Part shown: positions 56,678 through 64,000 of the stretch, piece after piece | Layout of the letters: every line of letters starts with the position of its first letter | How positions within the stretch are numbered: the first letter of the stretch is position 1 | Notes under the pieces: generated by a model | The model's input: the letters and a program-made list of their open reading frames with translations, nothing else | The model's database searches: none | What the model was told of the DNA's origin: nothing | NCBI GenBank assembly: GCA_965219445.1 | Contig: CBDCNQ010000005.1 | Location: 1,472,001-1,536,000, forward strand | Reading direction: 5' to 3' | Length of the DNA: 64,000 bases | From: Longimicrobiales bacterium | Lineage (GTDB): Bacteria; Gemmatimonadota; Gemmatimonadetes; Longimicrobiales; Gaopeijiaceae | Made by a program: the position numbers and the translations under genes

Positions 56678-57460
56678 ATGTCCCGCGTCATCGCCATCGC
56701 CAACCAAAAGGGCGGTGTGGGTAAGACCACGACCGCCATTAACCTGGGCGCCGCAATCGCGGTGGCCGAGGCTCGGACGTTGGTCGTCGATCTGGACCCG
56801 CAGGGGAACGCCTCGAGTGGACTAGGGCTTTCACCGGGCGACGACGAGCGCGTCACGATCTATGACGTTCTCATGAGTGGTGGGGATGCCAAAGCAGCTG
56901 TACGTGCGTCGGTTCAGTTCCCCCTTCTTGACCTCATGCCGAGTACGAGGGACTTGGTGGGTGCGGAGATCGAGCTCGTCGGCGCCTTGAGCCGGGAGAC
57001 GATTCTTCGCCGAGTCCTGGAGCCGATTCGGTCCGACTACGATTTCATCCTCCTGGACTGTCCGCCCTCACTCGGGCTTCTGACCCTGAATGCTCTTACG
57101 GCTTCCGACTCTCTGTTGATTCCGATCCAATGTGAGTTCTATGCCCTGGAGGGTCTCAGTCAGCTGCTCAACACCGTCCGGCTAGTCCAGCGGGCGCTCA
57201 ATCCGCAACTCGAGATCGAAGGCGTGCTGCTCACGATGTTCGACGGGCGACTCAACCTTGCGAGACAAGTGGCCGCCGAGGCGAAGGAGTATTTCGGAGA
57301 CCGTGTCTACAAGACATCCATTCCGCGAAATGTTCGGTTAGCCGAGGCCCCGTCCTTCGGGCAGCCGATCCTCCGTTACGACGTTTTGTCCAACGGGGCC
57401 CAGAGCTATCTGTCGCTCGCCGAGGAGCTCATGGCGGGTCACGAACCGACGGCGGCGTGA
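56678..57460 (+). CDS. parA: ParA/Soj ATPase
   Basis: NQKGGVGKTT, DLDPQGNAS, DCPPSLG, QCEFYALEG, RLAEAPSFG. Confidence 0.97.
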   Translation: MSRVIAIANQKGGVGKTTTAINLGAAIAVAEARTLVVDLDPQGNASSGLGLSPGDDERVTIYDVLMSGGDAKAAVRASVQFPLLDLMPSTRDLVGAEIELVGALSRETILRRVLEPIRSDYDFILLDCPPSLGLLTLNALTASDSLLIPIQCEFYALEGLSQLLNTVRLVQRALNPQLEIEGVLLTMFDGRLNLARQVAAEAKEYFGDRVYKTSIPRNVRLAEAPSFGQPILRYDVLSNGAQSYLSLAEELMAGHEPTAA

Positions 57461-57515
57461 TGGCACGGCGGCCCGATGGCGGTGCTCCGTTCCTTCCTAC
57501 GGAGGATATAGGCGA

Positions 57516-58415
57516 GTGAGTCTGCCACCGAAGAAGGCACGTCTCGGCAAGGGGCTTGGCGCCTTGCTCGGTGAGTATTTGGACGAGGCCCCGAGGCACG
57601 AGGCGCAGCTCGTCGACGTGAAATCGATCGGCCCTAACCCACAACAGCCCCGCAAGACCTTCTCTGCGGAAGAGTTGGCAGAGCTGGCCCAATCCATCGA
57701 GGAGAATGGCCTCCTTCAGCCGCTCTTGCTCCGACCGGCTCCGAAGGTCCTGGGTAAATACGAGTTGGTCGCTGGCGAGCGCCGCTTGCGCGCCGTCCAG
57801 AAGCTTGGCTGGAAGCAGGTCCCGGCGGTCACCCGGGACGTCGACGATAACACGCTCCTGGTCCTTGCTCTCGTGGAAAACCTTCAGCGCGAGGCGCTGA
57901 ACCCCATGGAAGAGGCTGAGGGGTACCAGGTTCTCATGGACAAGCACGGACTGAGTCACGGCCAGATCGGGCACTCCGTCGGCAAGAGCCGCTCGACGGT
58001 GGCGAATGTGGTCCGCCTTCTTCAGTTGCCGGTGTCGGTGCGTGGGTATGTGGAGTTGGGATCGCTCACGAGCGGACATGCCAGAGCGCTGCTCGCTCTC
58101 GACGATGAGAAAAAGATGGTGGGGCTCGCCCGGAAGGCCATCAACGAGGGTTGGTCTGTCCGTGAGATGGAGGGTCATGCCGGGGTCGAATCGGTCAGGA
58201 AAACGAAGAAATCGAAGCGGCGCCCGTCCAAGCACCGGGATCCGGTGGTTCGGGCTCTCGAGGAAGATCTGCGGGCAGCGCTCGCGACCAAAGCGAGCGT
58301 CCGGCTTCGTCGAGGCGGCTCCGGTGTGATTGAGGTGCCGTTCCGCAATCACGAGGACTTCGAGCGAGTCTTCCAACTGATCACGGGCCGAGAGGCGTCG
58401 GAGGTCGTGTCATGA
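57516..58415 (+). CDS. parB: ParB/Spo0J partition protein
   Basis: LGKGLGALL, QPRKTF, AGERRLRA, ENLQRE. Confidence 0.96.
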   Translation: MSLPPKKARLGKGLGALLGEYLDEAPRHEAQLVDVKSIGPNPQQPRKTFSAEELAELAQSIEENGLLQPLLLRPAPKVLGKYELVAGERRLRAVQKLGWKQVPAVTRDVDDNTLLVLALVENLQREALNPMEEAEGYQVLMDKHGLSHGQIGHSVGKSRSTVANVVRLLQLPVSVRGYVELGSLTSGHARALLALDDEKKMVGLARKAINEGWSVREMEGHAGVESVRKTKKSKRRPSKHRDPVVRALEEDLRAALATKASVRLRRGGSGVIEVPFRNHEDFERVFQLITGREASEVVS

Positions 58416-59167
58416 AGGGCCCCGTCATGCGGATCATTTTTGTGCCGGCCACCAGCCAGAGCCGGACGTACGAGGTCTCATACAGGCGCCTGCGCGTGCT
58501 CCGCGGTCTCGCCCTCGGCTGCGGCGTGGCGGTGGCGTTCTTGATCGTGACGTGGGCGTACATGGCCTCGCGTGTCGCCCACGTGGCGGAGCTTGAGGCA
58601 GAGGTCGCATTGATGCGTGCGGATCGAGAACGGATTCCCGGACTGATGCGCCAGCTCAATACCGTCGAACGTCAGTATTCGGACATTCTTGGTCTCTTTG
58701 CTCCCGATGGCGCGGGGGCGCCCTCGGAACTTTGGCTCCCGCCTCCGGGCTCTCTCAGCCGCTCCTCGGGTGGTGACGACGGGCGCGACGGCCAACCCGA
58801 TAGCTGGCCGCTCGCCGAGCGTGGCTTCGTGACCCGGCGCATCGATGAGGGTGGACAACCCCACCCGGGCCTGGACATCGCAACGCCCACTGGCTCATAT
58901 ATTCGCGCCGCGGGTGCGGGCCGAGTCATCGAGGTCGGCGAGGATTCCACATACGGAAAGTATGTGAGGATCGATCATGACAACGGGTACGAGACCTTGT
59001 ACGGCCATGCGTCCGATACGTCGGTCGAGCTCGGGGAGGAAGTACGGAAGAACGAGGTAATCGGGCTGAGTGGGTCGACCGGCGAATCGACGGGGCCTCA
59101 CTTGCACTTCGAGATCCTATTCGAGGGAGAGGAAGTTGATCCTCTCGGGTTGGTACAACAACCATGA
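58412..59167 (+). CDS. M23 family metallopeptidase
   Basis: HPGLDIA, YGH, STGPHLHFE. Confidence 0.93.
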   Translation: MKGPVMRIIFVPATSQSRTYEVSYRRLRVLRGLALGCGVAVAFLIVTWAYMASRVAHVAELEAEVALMRADRERIPGLMRQLNTVERQYSDILGLFAPDGAGAPSELWLPPPGSLSRSSGGDDGRDGQPDSWPLAERGFVTRRIDEGGQPHPGLDIATPTGSYIRAAGAGRVIEVGEDSTYGKYVRIDHDNGYETLYGHASDTSVELGEEVRKNEVIGLSGSTGESTGPHLHFEILFEGEEVDPLGLVQQP

Positions 59168-59188
59168 ATCACAAAGGATTAGGACGAT

Positions 59189-59812
59189 ATGGCCAAGCCT
59201 CCCCCCACCTCTAACATTCCCCCCGAGGCGGTGATTTCGATCATTGGCGCAGGCATGACCCTGGACGGCGACTCGGAGACAAATGGCTCGCTACGCGTCG
59301 AGGGTACGATCCGTGGCAATGTTCGGGCCGGCAAGTCTGTGGTGATCGGCAAGGATGGCCTGGTGGACGGGAGCATCTTCACCCAGGATGCAGTGGTTGC
59401 CGGTTGTGTTTCGGGTGGAATTCACGCCGTATCTCGCCTCGAGCTTCTAGCGACCAGTGAAGTTTCGGGCGAAATCGAGGCCCCCAGGATGCAAGTCGAG
59501 GAGGGTGCCAAGGTCCAGGGACAGGTAGCAATCGGTGAATCGAGTGGGCCGGGGGCTTTCAAGGCTCCGCGGCCAGAGACCCGGAGTGGCGAAGGAAAAG
59601 ACGAGTCGGGGACGGAGCCGGCGGATCCAGAACCGGGCGACGCAGACCCAGAGGACCTGGAGGCGCTGCACGCTGAATCGGGGGAGCCTGAGTTGGAGGA
59701 GCCGGAAGGGGAGGAACTTGAGGCGGTGCAGCCTGAAGCGGAGGAGCCGGAGTCAGACGAGCTCGAACCCGAGGAACTCGAAGCGGCTCAGCCGGAACGC
59801 TCCCGGGATTGA
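59189..59812 (+). CDS. Bactofilin with acidic repetitive tail
   Basis: SIIGAGMTLDGD..LRVEGTIRGNV..VEEGAKVQG; EPE-rich C-terminus. Confidence 0.92.
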   Translation: MAKPPPTSNIPPEAVISIIGAGMTLDGDSETNGSLRVEGTIRGNVRAGKSVVIGKDGLVDGSIFTQDAVVAGCVSGGIHAVSRLELLATSEVSGEIEAPRMQVEEGAKVQGQVAIGESSGPGAFKAPRPETRSGEGKDESGTEPADPEPGDADPEDLEALHAESGEPELEEPEGEELEAVQPEAEEPESDELEPEELEAAQPERSRD

Positions 59813-59879
59813 TAGGGGACGGGCCCGGACCCGTTGGAGCGGCAGGGCCACCCCGGGATCGGCGATATGCAGGGGCTAT

Positions 59880-59991
59880 TTATCCACAGAACGTGGACAA
59901 TTGCCTTAATCCATTACGTGACAATGATTTACACCGGATATGACCCGGGCGACACCCCTGCGGGCAGTCGTTTTACGGGTACTTTTCCACA
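59880..59991. promoter_or_regulatory. Second DnaA-box cluster
   Basis: TTATCCACA 59880-59888, CGTGGACAA 59892-59900, TTTTCCACA 59983-59991. Confidence 0.6.
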
Positions 59992-60009
59992 TTTCAGCCC
60001 GACGACACG

Positions 60010-60762
60010 GTGAAGATTGAATCCCTTGTCCAATATCTGGACGAGTATCTCTCGATCGACGGGTTCCCCGACTACTCGCCCGCCCAGAACGGCCTTCAGG
60101 TGGACGGACCCGCGGAGGTGCAGCGAGCAGCGGTGGCCGTGGACGCCAGCGAGGCAGTGATCCAGGAGGCTGTGTCCCGGGGCGTGGACATCCTGATCGT
60201 CCACCACGGGCTCTTTTGGGACGAGCAGGCCAAGATGGTTGGTCCACGTTTCCGAAAGCTCCGAGCCCTGATCGAAGGCAAGGTCGCGCTCTATTCGGCG
60301 CACCTGCCCTTGGATGCCCACTCTGAGGTGGGCAACTGTGCAGTACTGTGCCGGGCGTTAGGGTGGAACCCGAAGGAGCGATTCGGAGGCCATCAAGACC
60401 ATGACATCGGGTGGTGGTGTGAAGTCGATTACGAACGAGATGAACTGGTGGAGCACGTCGGTGAGGTGGTGGGTGGTCCGGTAAGGCTCATCCCCGGCGG
60501 CCCCGAGCACGTCTATCGAGTGGGGTTGGTCACCGGCGCCGCTGCGAACCTCATCCCGGAGGCGTTCCGGCAGGGTCTGGATGCGCTCATCACGGGCGAG
60601 GGACCTCACCACACATACCACGACGCCATGGAGTATGGGGTAAATGCTTTGTACGCGGGACATTACGCTACCGAGACATGGGGGGTGAGAGCGTTGGGAG
60701 CTCATCTGGAGGAGCGATTCGAAGTCCAGCAGGAATTCATCGACAGGCCCACCGGCCTTTAG
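60010..60762 (+). CDS. Nif3-like dinuclear metal protein
   Basis: NGLQVDG, VHHGLFW, HLPLDAH, AGHYATE. Confidence 0.94.
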   Translation: MKIESLVQYLDEYLSIDGFPDYSPAQNGLQVDGPAEVQRAAVAVDASEAVIQEAVSRGVDILIVHHGLFWDEQAKMVGPRFRKLRALIEGKVALYSAHLPLDAHSEVGNCAVLCRALGWNPKERFGGHQDHDIGWWCEVDYERDELVEHVGEVVGGPVRLIPGGPEHVYRVGLVTGAAANLIPEAFRQGLDALITGEGPHHTYHDAMEYGVNALYAGHYATETWGVRALGAHLEERFEVQQEFIDRPTGL

Positions 60763-60879
60763 CCGCCCCACCCGACCTTCTCGGGCACCACCTCTCGGAG
60801 CCCTGTGAGCTTGTCCTGGGTACCGCTCCTGGGTACGATCTTCAGACGCTTTCGCTCAACACGTCTGGGAGGCAACTCC

Positions 60880-63231
60880 ATGCTGCATAGGGTCCTGACG
60901 GGTCCGGGCCTCATCCTTGCCGCCGTTGGCCTTCTGTCGGCCCAGGACGTTCCGACACCCGAGTCCCATTTCGGCCACCAGATCGGCGCTGAGAAGACTC
61001 TGGCCAATTGGACGGAGCTCACGGGGTACTATGAGGTGCTTGCAAACGCGAGCGAGCGAGTGAAGGTCGATACCCTCGGCCTCACGACTATGGGCCAGCC
61101 ATTCGTGATGGTGACGGTTACGAGCGAGGAAAACCAAGATCGTCTCTCCGAGCTTCACGACATCCAGATGCGGCTCGCGGATCCCCGCCGGGTGTCCGGC
61201 GAGGAGGAGCTTCAAGAGCTCATCACTGCGGGGCGCACCGTGGTGCTCATCACGCACGGTATCCACTCGACGGAGGTGGGTGGGTCCCAAAGCGCCGCCC
61301 GGCTCCTTTACCGGTTGGCATCTTCGAATGAAGAGCGAGTTCGCGAGATTCTGGACAACGTCATCCTGCTGGACATTCCGTCCCTGAATCCGGACGGGAC
61401 GGAGTGGGTGGCGGACTGGTACAACGAGTGGCTCGGCACCCGGTACGAGGCTTCGTCCCTTCCCTGGCTCTACCACTACTATGTCGGCCACGACAACAAT
61501 CGGGATTGGTACGCGTTCACGCAAAAGGAGACGCAGCACACGGTGCTCGGGGCCCATAACGCTTGGCACCCGCAAATCGTGCATGACATTCATCAGATGG
61601 GCGGTGGGGGCGCTCGCATCTTCTTTCCGCCCTATATGGATCCGATCGAGCACAATGTCGATCCGGCGATCATCAGTGCCGTGAATATGCTGGGTATGGG
61701 GATGGCCGCCGAGCTCACTGCCCAGGGAAAAAGCGGCGTTGTGACCAATGCCATCTATGATGGCTTCTCCCCGGCCCGGGCCTATCAGCATTATCACGGC
61801 GGTGCTCGCATTCTGTCGGAGACGGCCTCGGCGGGCATCGCGACCTCCGTATACGTCTCGCCTTCGAGCCTCGAGGGGGGACTAGGGTACGACGCCGCGA
61901 CTGCTTCCGTGAACTACCCCGATCCGTGGACCGGCGGGGCGTGGGGTCTGCCGGACATAGTCGATTACATGGAAGCTGGAGCGATGGCTCTGCTCAGCAA
62001 TGCGGCCAAGAATAGAAAATATTGGCTGGAGAACTTCTACCGGATCAACCAGCGAGCGGTGAACGGATGGGACGCGTGGCCCGCCGCGTGGGTCATTCCC
62101 GCCGACCAGGACAACGAGACGGGCCTGGCGTACGTGCTACGGATCTTACGAATGGGCGACGTAGAGGTGTACCGCGCACCGCAGGCCTTCGAGGCCGATG
62201 GGGAGTCGATGCCGCCCGGCACGTACGTGGTTCCGATGAACCAGCCCTACGCGTCCTTTGCCCAGACGCTCCTGGAGGTGCAGCAGTATCCGGACCTGCG
62301 TGAGTATCCCGGCGGTCCACCTCGCCGGCCGTACGATGTGACGGCGCACACGTTGCCACTGCTCATGAACGTTTCGGCCATTGCCGTGGAGGATCTGGAT
62401 GCGAGCGTGGCCGACATATTCGAGTCTGCGCCGATCGAGACACCTGATTTCGTTTTTCGCTTGCCCGAGGCCCTTCAGGGTGCGGCGGCGCCACGGATCG
62501 CTCTTTATAAGTCCTGGCGAGAGCCCATGCAGGCCGGCTGGACGCGCTGGCTTTTCGATCAGTATCAGCTCTCGTACGACACGCTCAGAGACGCCCGTGT
62601 TCGGGCCGGAGATCTCGGCCGCGATTACGACGTGATCCTCTTCCAGGGACAGACCCCGGTATCCATCGCCTCGGGTTTTCGGAGTGGGTTCGTTCCCGAA
62701 CCCTACGTGGGAGGCTTGGGAGGCGAGGGTGAAAGCGCGCTGGACCGCTTCGTACGCGAGGGGGGGCGCATCGTGGCGATCGAGGAGGCGACCGAGTACA
62801 TGACCAATCTCTTCGACCTCGGTGTCTCGAGCGCCGTGGAGAGGCTCGCAGTGACGAACTTTTACATACCCGGATCGATCCTCGAGATGCGTCCGGAGCC
62901 CGGCTACGCGCTGAATGAGGGGCTCCCCGAGTCGCTAGGAGCCTGGTTCTCTCGCGAAAGCAGGGCGTTCGATGTGTCCGATCCCTCCGTTCGGGTCACT
63001 GCTCGATTCAGTGCCGGGAACCCCTTGCGGTCCGGCTGGCTGCTCGGACCGGAGCATGTGGCCGGGAAACCTGCGGTCGTCGAGGTTTCGGTCGGTGAGG
63101 GCTCGCTCGTGCTATTCGGCTTCCAGCCCAATTACCGTGCACAAACGGTGGCAACGTGGCCGATGTTGTTCAACGCGTTGGCTCCTCCTCCGGATCACCG
63201 CCCCGGGCTGGACCTCGGGGATGATGGATGA
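60880..63231 (+). CDS. M14 zinc carboxypeptidase family protein
   Basis: Signal peptide; IHSTE, NPDG, DNNRD, HDIHQMG, YDVTAHTLP. Confidence 0.9.
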   Translation: MLHRVLTGPGLILAAVGLLSAQDVPTPESHFGHQIGAEKTLANWTELTGYYEVLANASERVKVDTLGLTTMGQPFVMVTVTSEENQDRLSELHDIQMRLADPRRVSGEEELQELITAGRTVVLITHGIHSTEVGGSQSAARLLYRLASSNEERVREILDNVILLDIPSLNPDGTEWVADWYNEWLGTRYEASSLPWLYHYYVGHDNNRDWYAFTQKETQHTVLGAHNAWHPQIVHDIHQMGGGGARIFFPPYMDPIEHNVDPAIISAVNMLGMGMAAELTAQGKSGVVTNAIYDGFSPARAYQHYHGGARILSETASAGIATSVYVSPSSLEGGLGYDAATASVNYPDPWTGGAWGLPDIVDYMEAGAMALLSNAAKNRKYWLENFYRINQRAVNGWDAWPAAWVIPADQDNETGLAYVLRILRMGDVEVYRAPQAFEADGESMPPGTYVVPMNQPYASFAQTLLEVQQYPDLREYPGGPPRRPYDVTAHTLPLLMNVSAIAVEDLDASVADIFESAPIETPDFVFRLPEALQGAAAPRIALYKSWREPMQAGWTRWLFDQYQLSYDTLRDARVRAGDLGRDYDVILFQGQTPVSIASGFRSGFVPEPYVGGLGGEGESALDRFVREGGRIVAIEEATEYMTNLFDLGVSSAVERLAVTNFYIPGSILEMRPEPGYALNEGLPESLGAWFSRESRAFDVSDPSVRVTARFSAGNPLRSGWLLGPEHVAGKPAVVEVSVGEGSLVLFGFQPNYRAQTVATWPMLFNALAPPPDHRPGLDLGDDG

Positions 63232-63977
63232 AGTGCCCGAGTTGCGGTGCGGCTTCCGAGGAGGGACGGTTCTGCTCGAACTGCGGTGCGGCGTTGGCGA
63301 CGCCACAGTGCCCGACGTGTGGACATCAGCCTCCTGCCGGGGCCCGATTCTGTAATCAATGCGGAAACGAGATTGGCGGCTCTCCGAGCCGTCCCGGGGG
63401 CTCAGGAAATCAGGTGGCGTGGTGGATGGCCGGTGCTCTCTCGTTGGGACTGATCTTGGTGTTCGCATATCCCCTGTATGGCCCTGCACGGCAGGCCACG
63501 CCCCCGGTCGCCCCACCCCCAGCGACAGGAGCGGCTGGTGTCGATCTGTCGTCGATGACACCGCGTGAGGCGGCGGATCGCCTTTTCAATCGTGTGATGA
63601 CTGCCGTATCGGCGAATGACTCCACCGAGGTGGCCGGCTTCCTGCCCATGGCCATTCGTGCCCTCGAGCTCGCTGAGCCGTTGGACACCGACGGCAAGTT
63701 CCACCTCGTGCTGCTTCGTCTGACGGGCCAGCTCAACGTGGAGGCCCTGGAGGGTGCGCAGGAGATTCTCTCGGAGCAGCCGAACCATCTGCTCGGGTTG
63801 GCCATGGCCGGGGACGCGTCACTGGCCATGGGTGACAGCGCCAGTGCCCGCGCGTATTACCAGCGCTGGTTGGATGCGTACGAGACCGAGGCGGAGAAGG
63901 ATCTCCTCGAGTACCGGGACCACAGTCCGATGTTTTCGCAAATGCAGAGTACGGCCGAGGCACTGGGACGAAACTGA
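63228..63977 (+). CDS. Double zinc-ribbon + TM + TPR-like protein
   Basis: CPSCG..FCSNCG..CPTCG..FCNQCG, TM segment, helical C-terminus. Confidence 0.85.
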   Translation: MKCPSCGAASEEGRFCSNCGAALATPQCPTCGHQPPAGARFCNQCGNEIGGSPSRPGGSGNQVAWWMAGALSLGLILVFAYPLYGPARQATPPVAPPPATGAAGVDLSSMTPREAADRLFNRVMTAVSANDSTEVAGFLPMAIRALELAEPLDTDGKFHLVLLRLTGQLNVEALEGAQEILSEQPNHLLGLAMAGDASLAMGDSASARAYYQRWLDAYETEAEKDLLEYRDHSPMFSQMQSTAEALGRN

Positions 63978-64000
63978 ACGACCTGAGCGATCGGGCTCCG

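Overview
GC-rich bacterial chromosome segment. The gene style (ALEGRY/ERELGEGGMATV Ser/Thr kinase, TPR membrane proteins) suggests Gemmatimonadota; this is inference only. The right third is the replication-origin region: dnaN-oriC-dnaA, rpmH-rnpA-yidD-yidC-mnmE-acyP-mnmG, two parS sites, parA-parB, M23 peptidase and bactofilin. The left two thirds hold housekeeping and accessory genes: HDAC, DUF222/HNH, bacilliredoxin, ferredoxin, pduO, ccdA-dsbA, arsM, two TetRs, a class III cyclase, tRNA-Asn, modAB-modC and pyrE. Best leads: (1) a 767-codon membrane/TPR frame interrupted by an in-frame TGA in a C-P-I-U context, with a 17-nt hairpin 11 nt downstream (candidate selenoprotein); (2) an unannotated 20-aa hydrophobic peptide with a perfect RBS, enclosed by a 14/15-bp inverted repeat that would mask the RBS of a membrane HD-GYP c-di-GMP phosphodiesterase; (3) an SPT-like + ADC-like + lipid-kinase operon; (4) a di-heme/Rieske/porin operon behind tandem DtxR-like boxes. 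Several frameshifts, an inversion and an eroded SDR could be real decay or sequencing/assembly artefacts. All calls come from motif recognition by eye; no searches were run.
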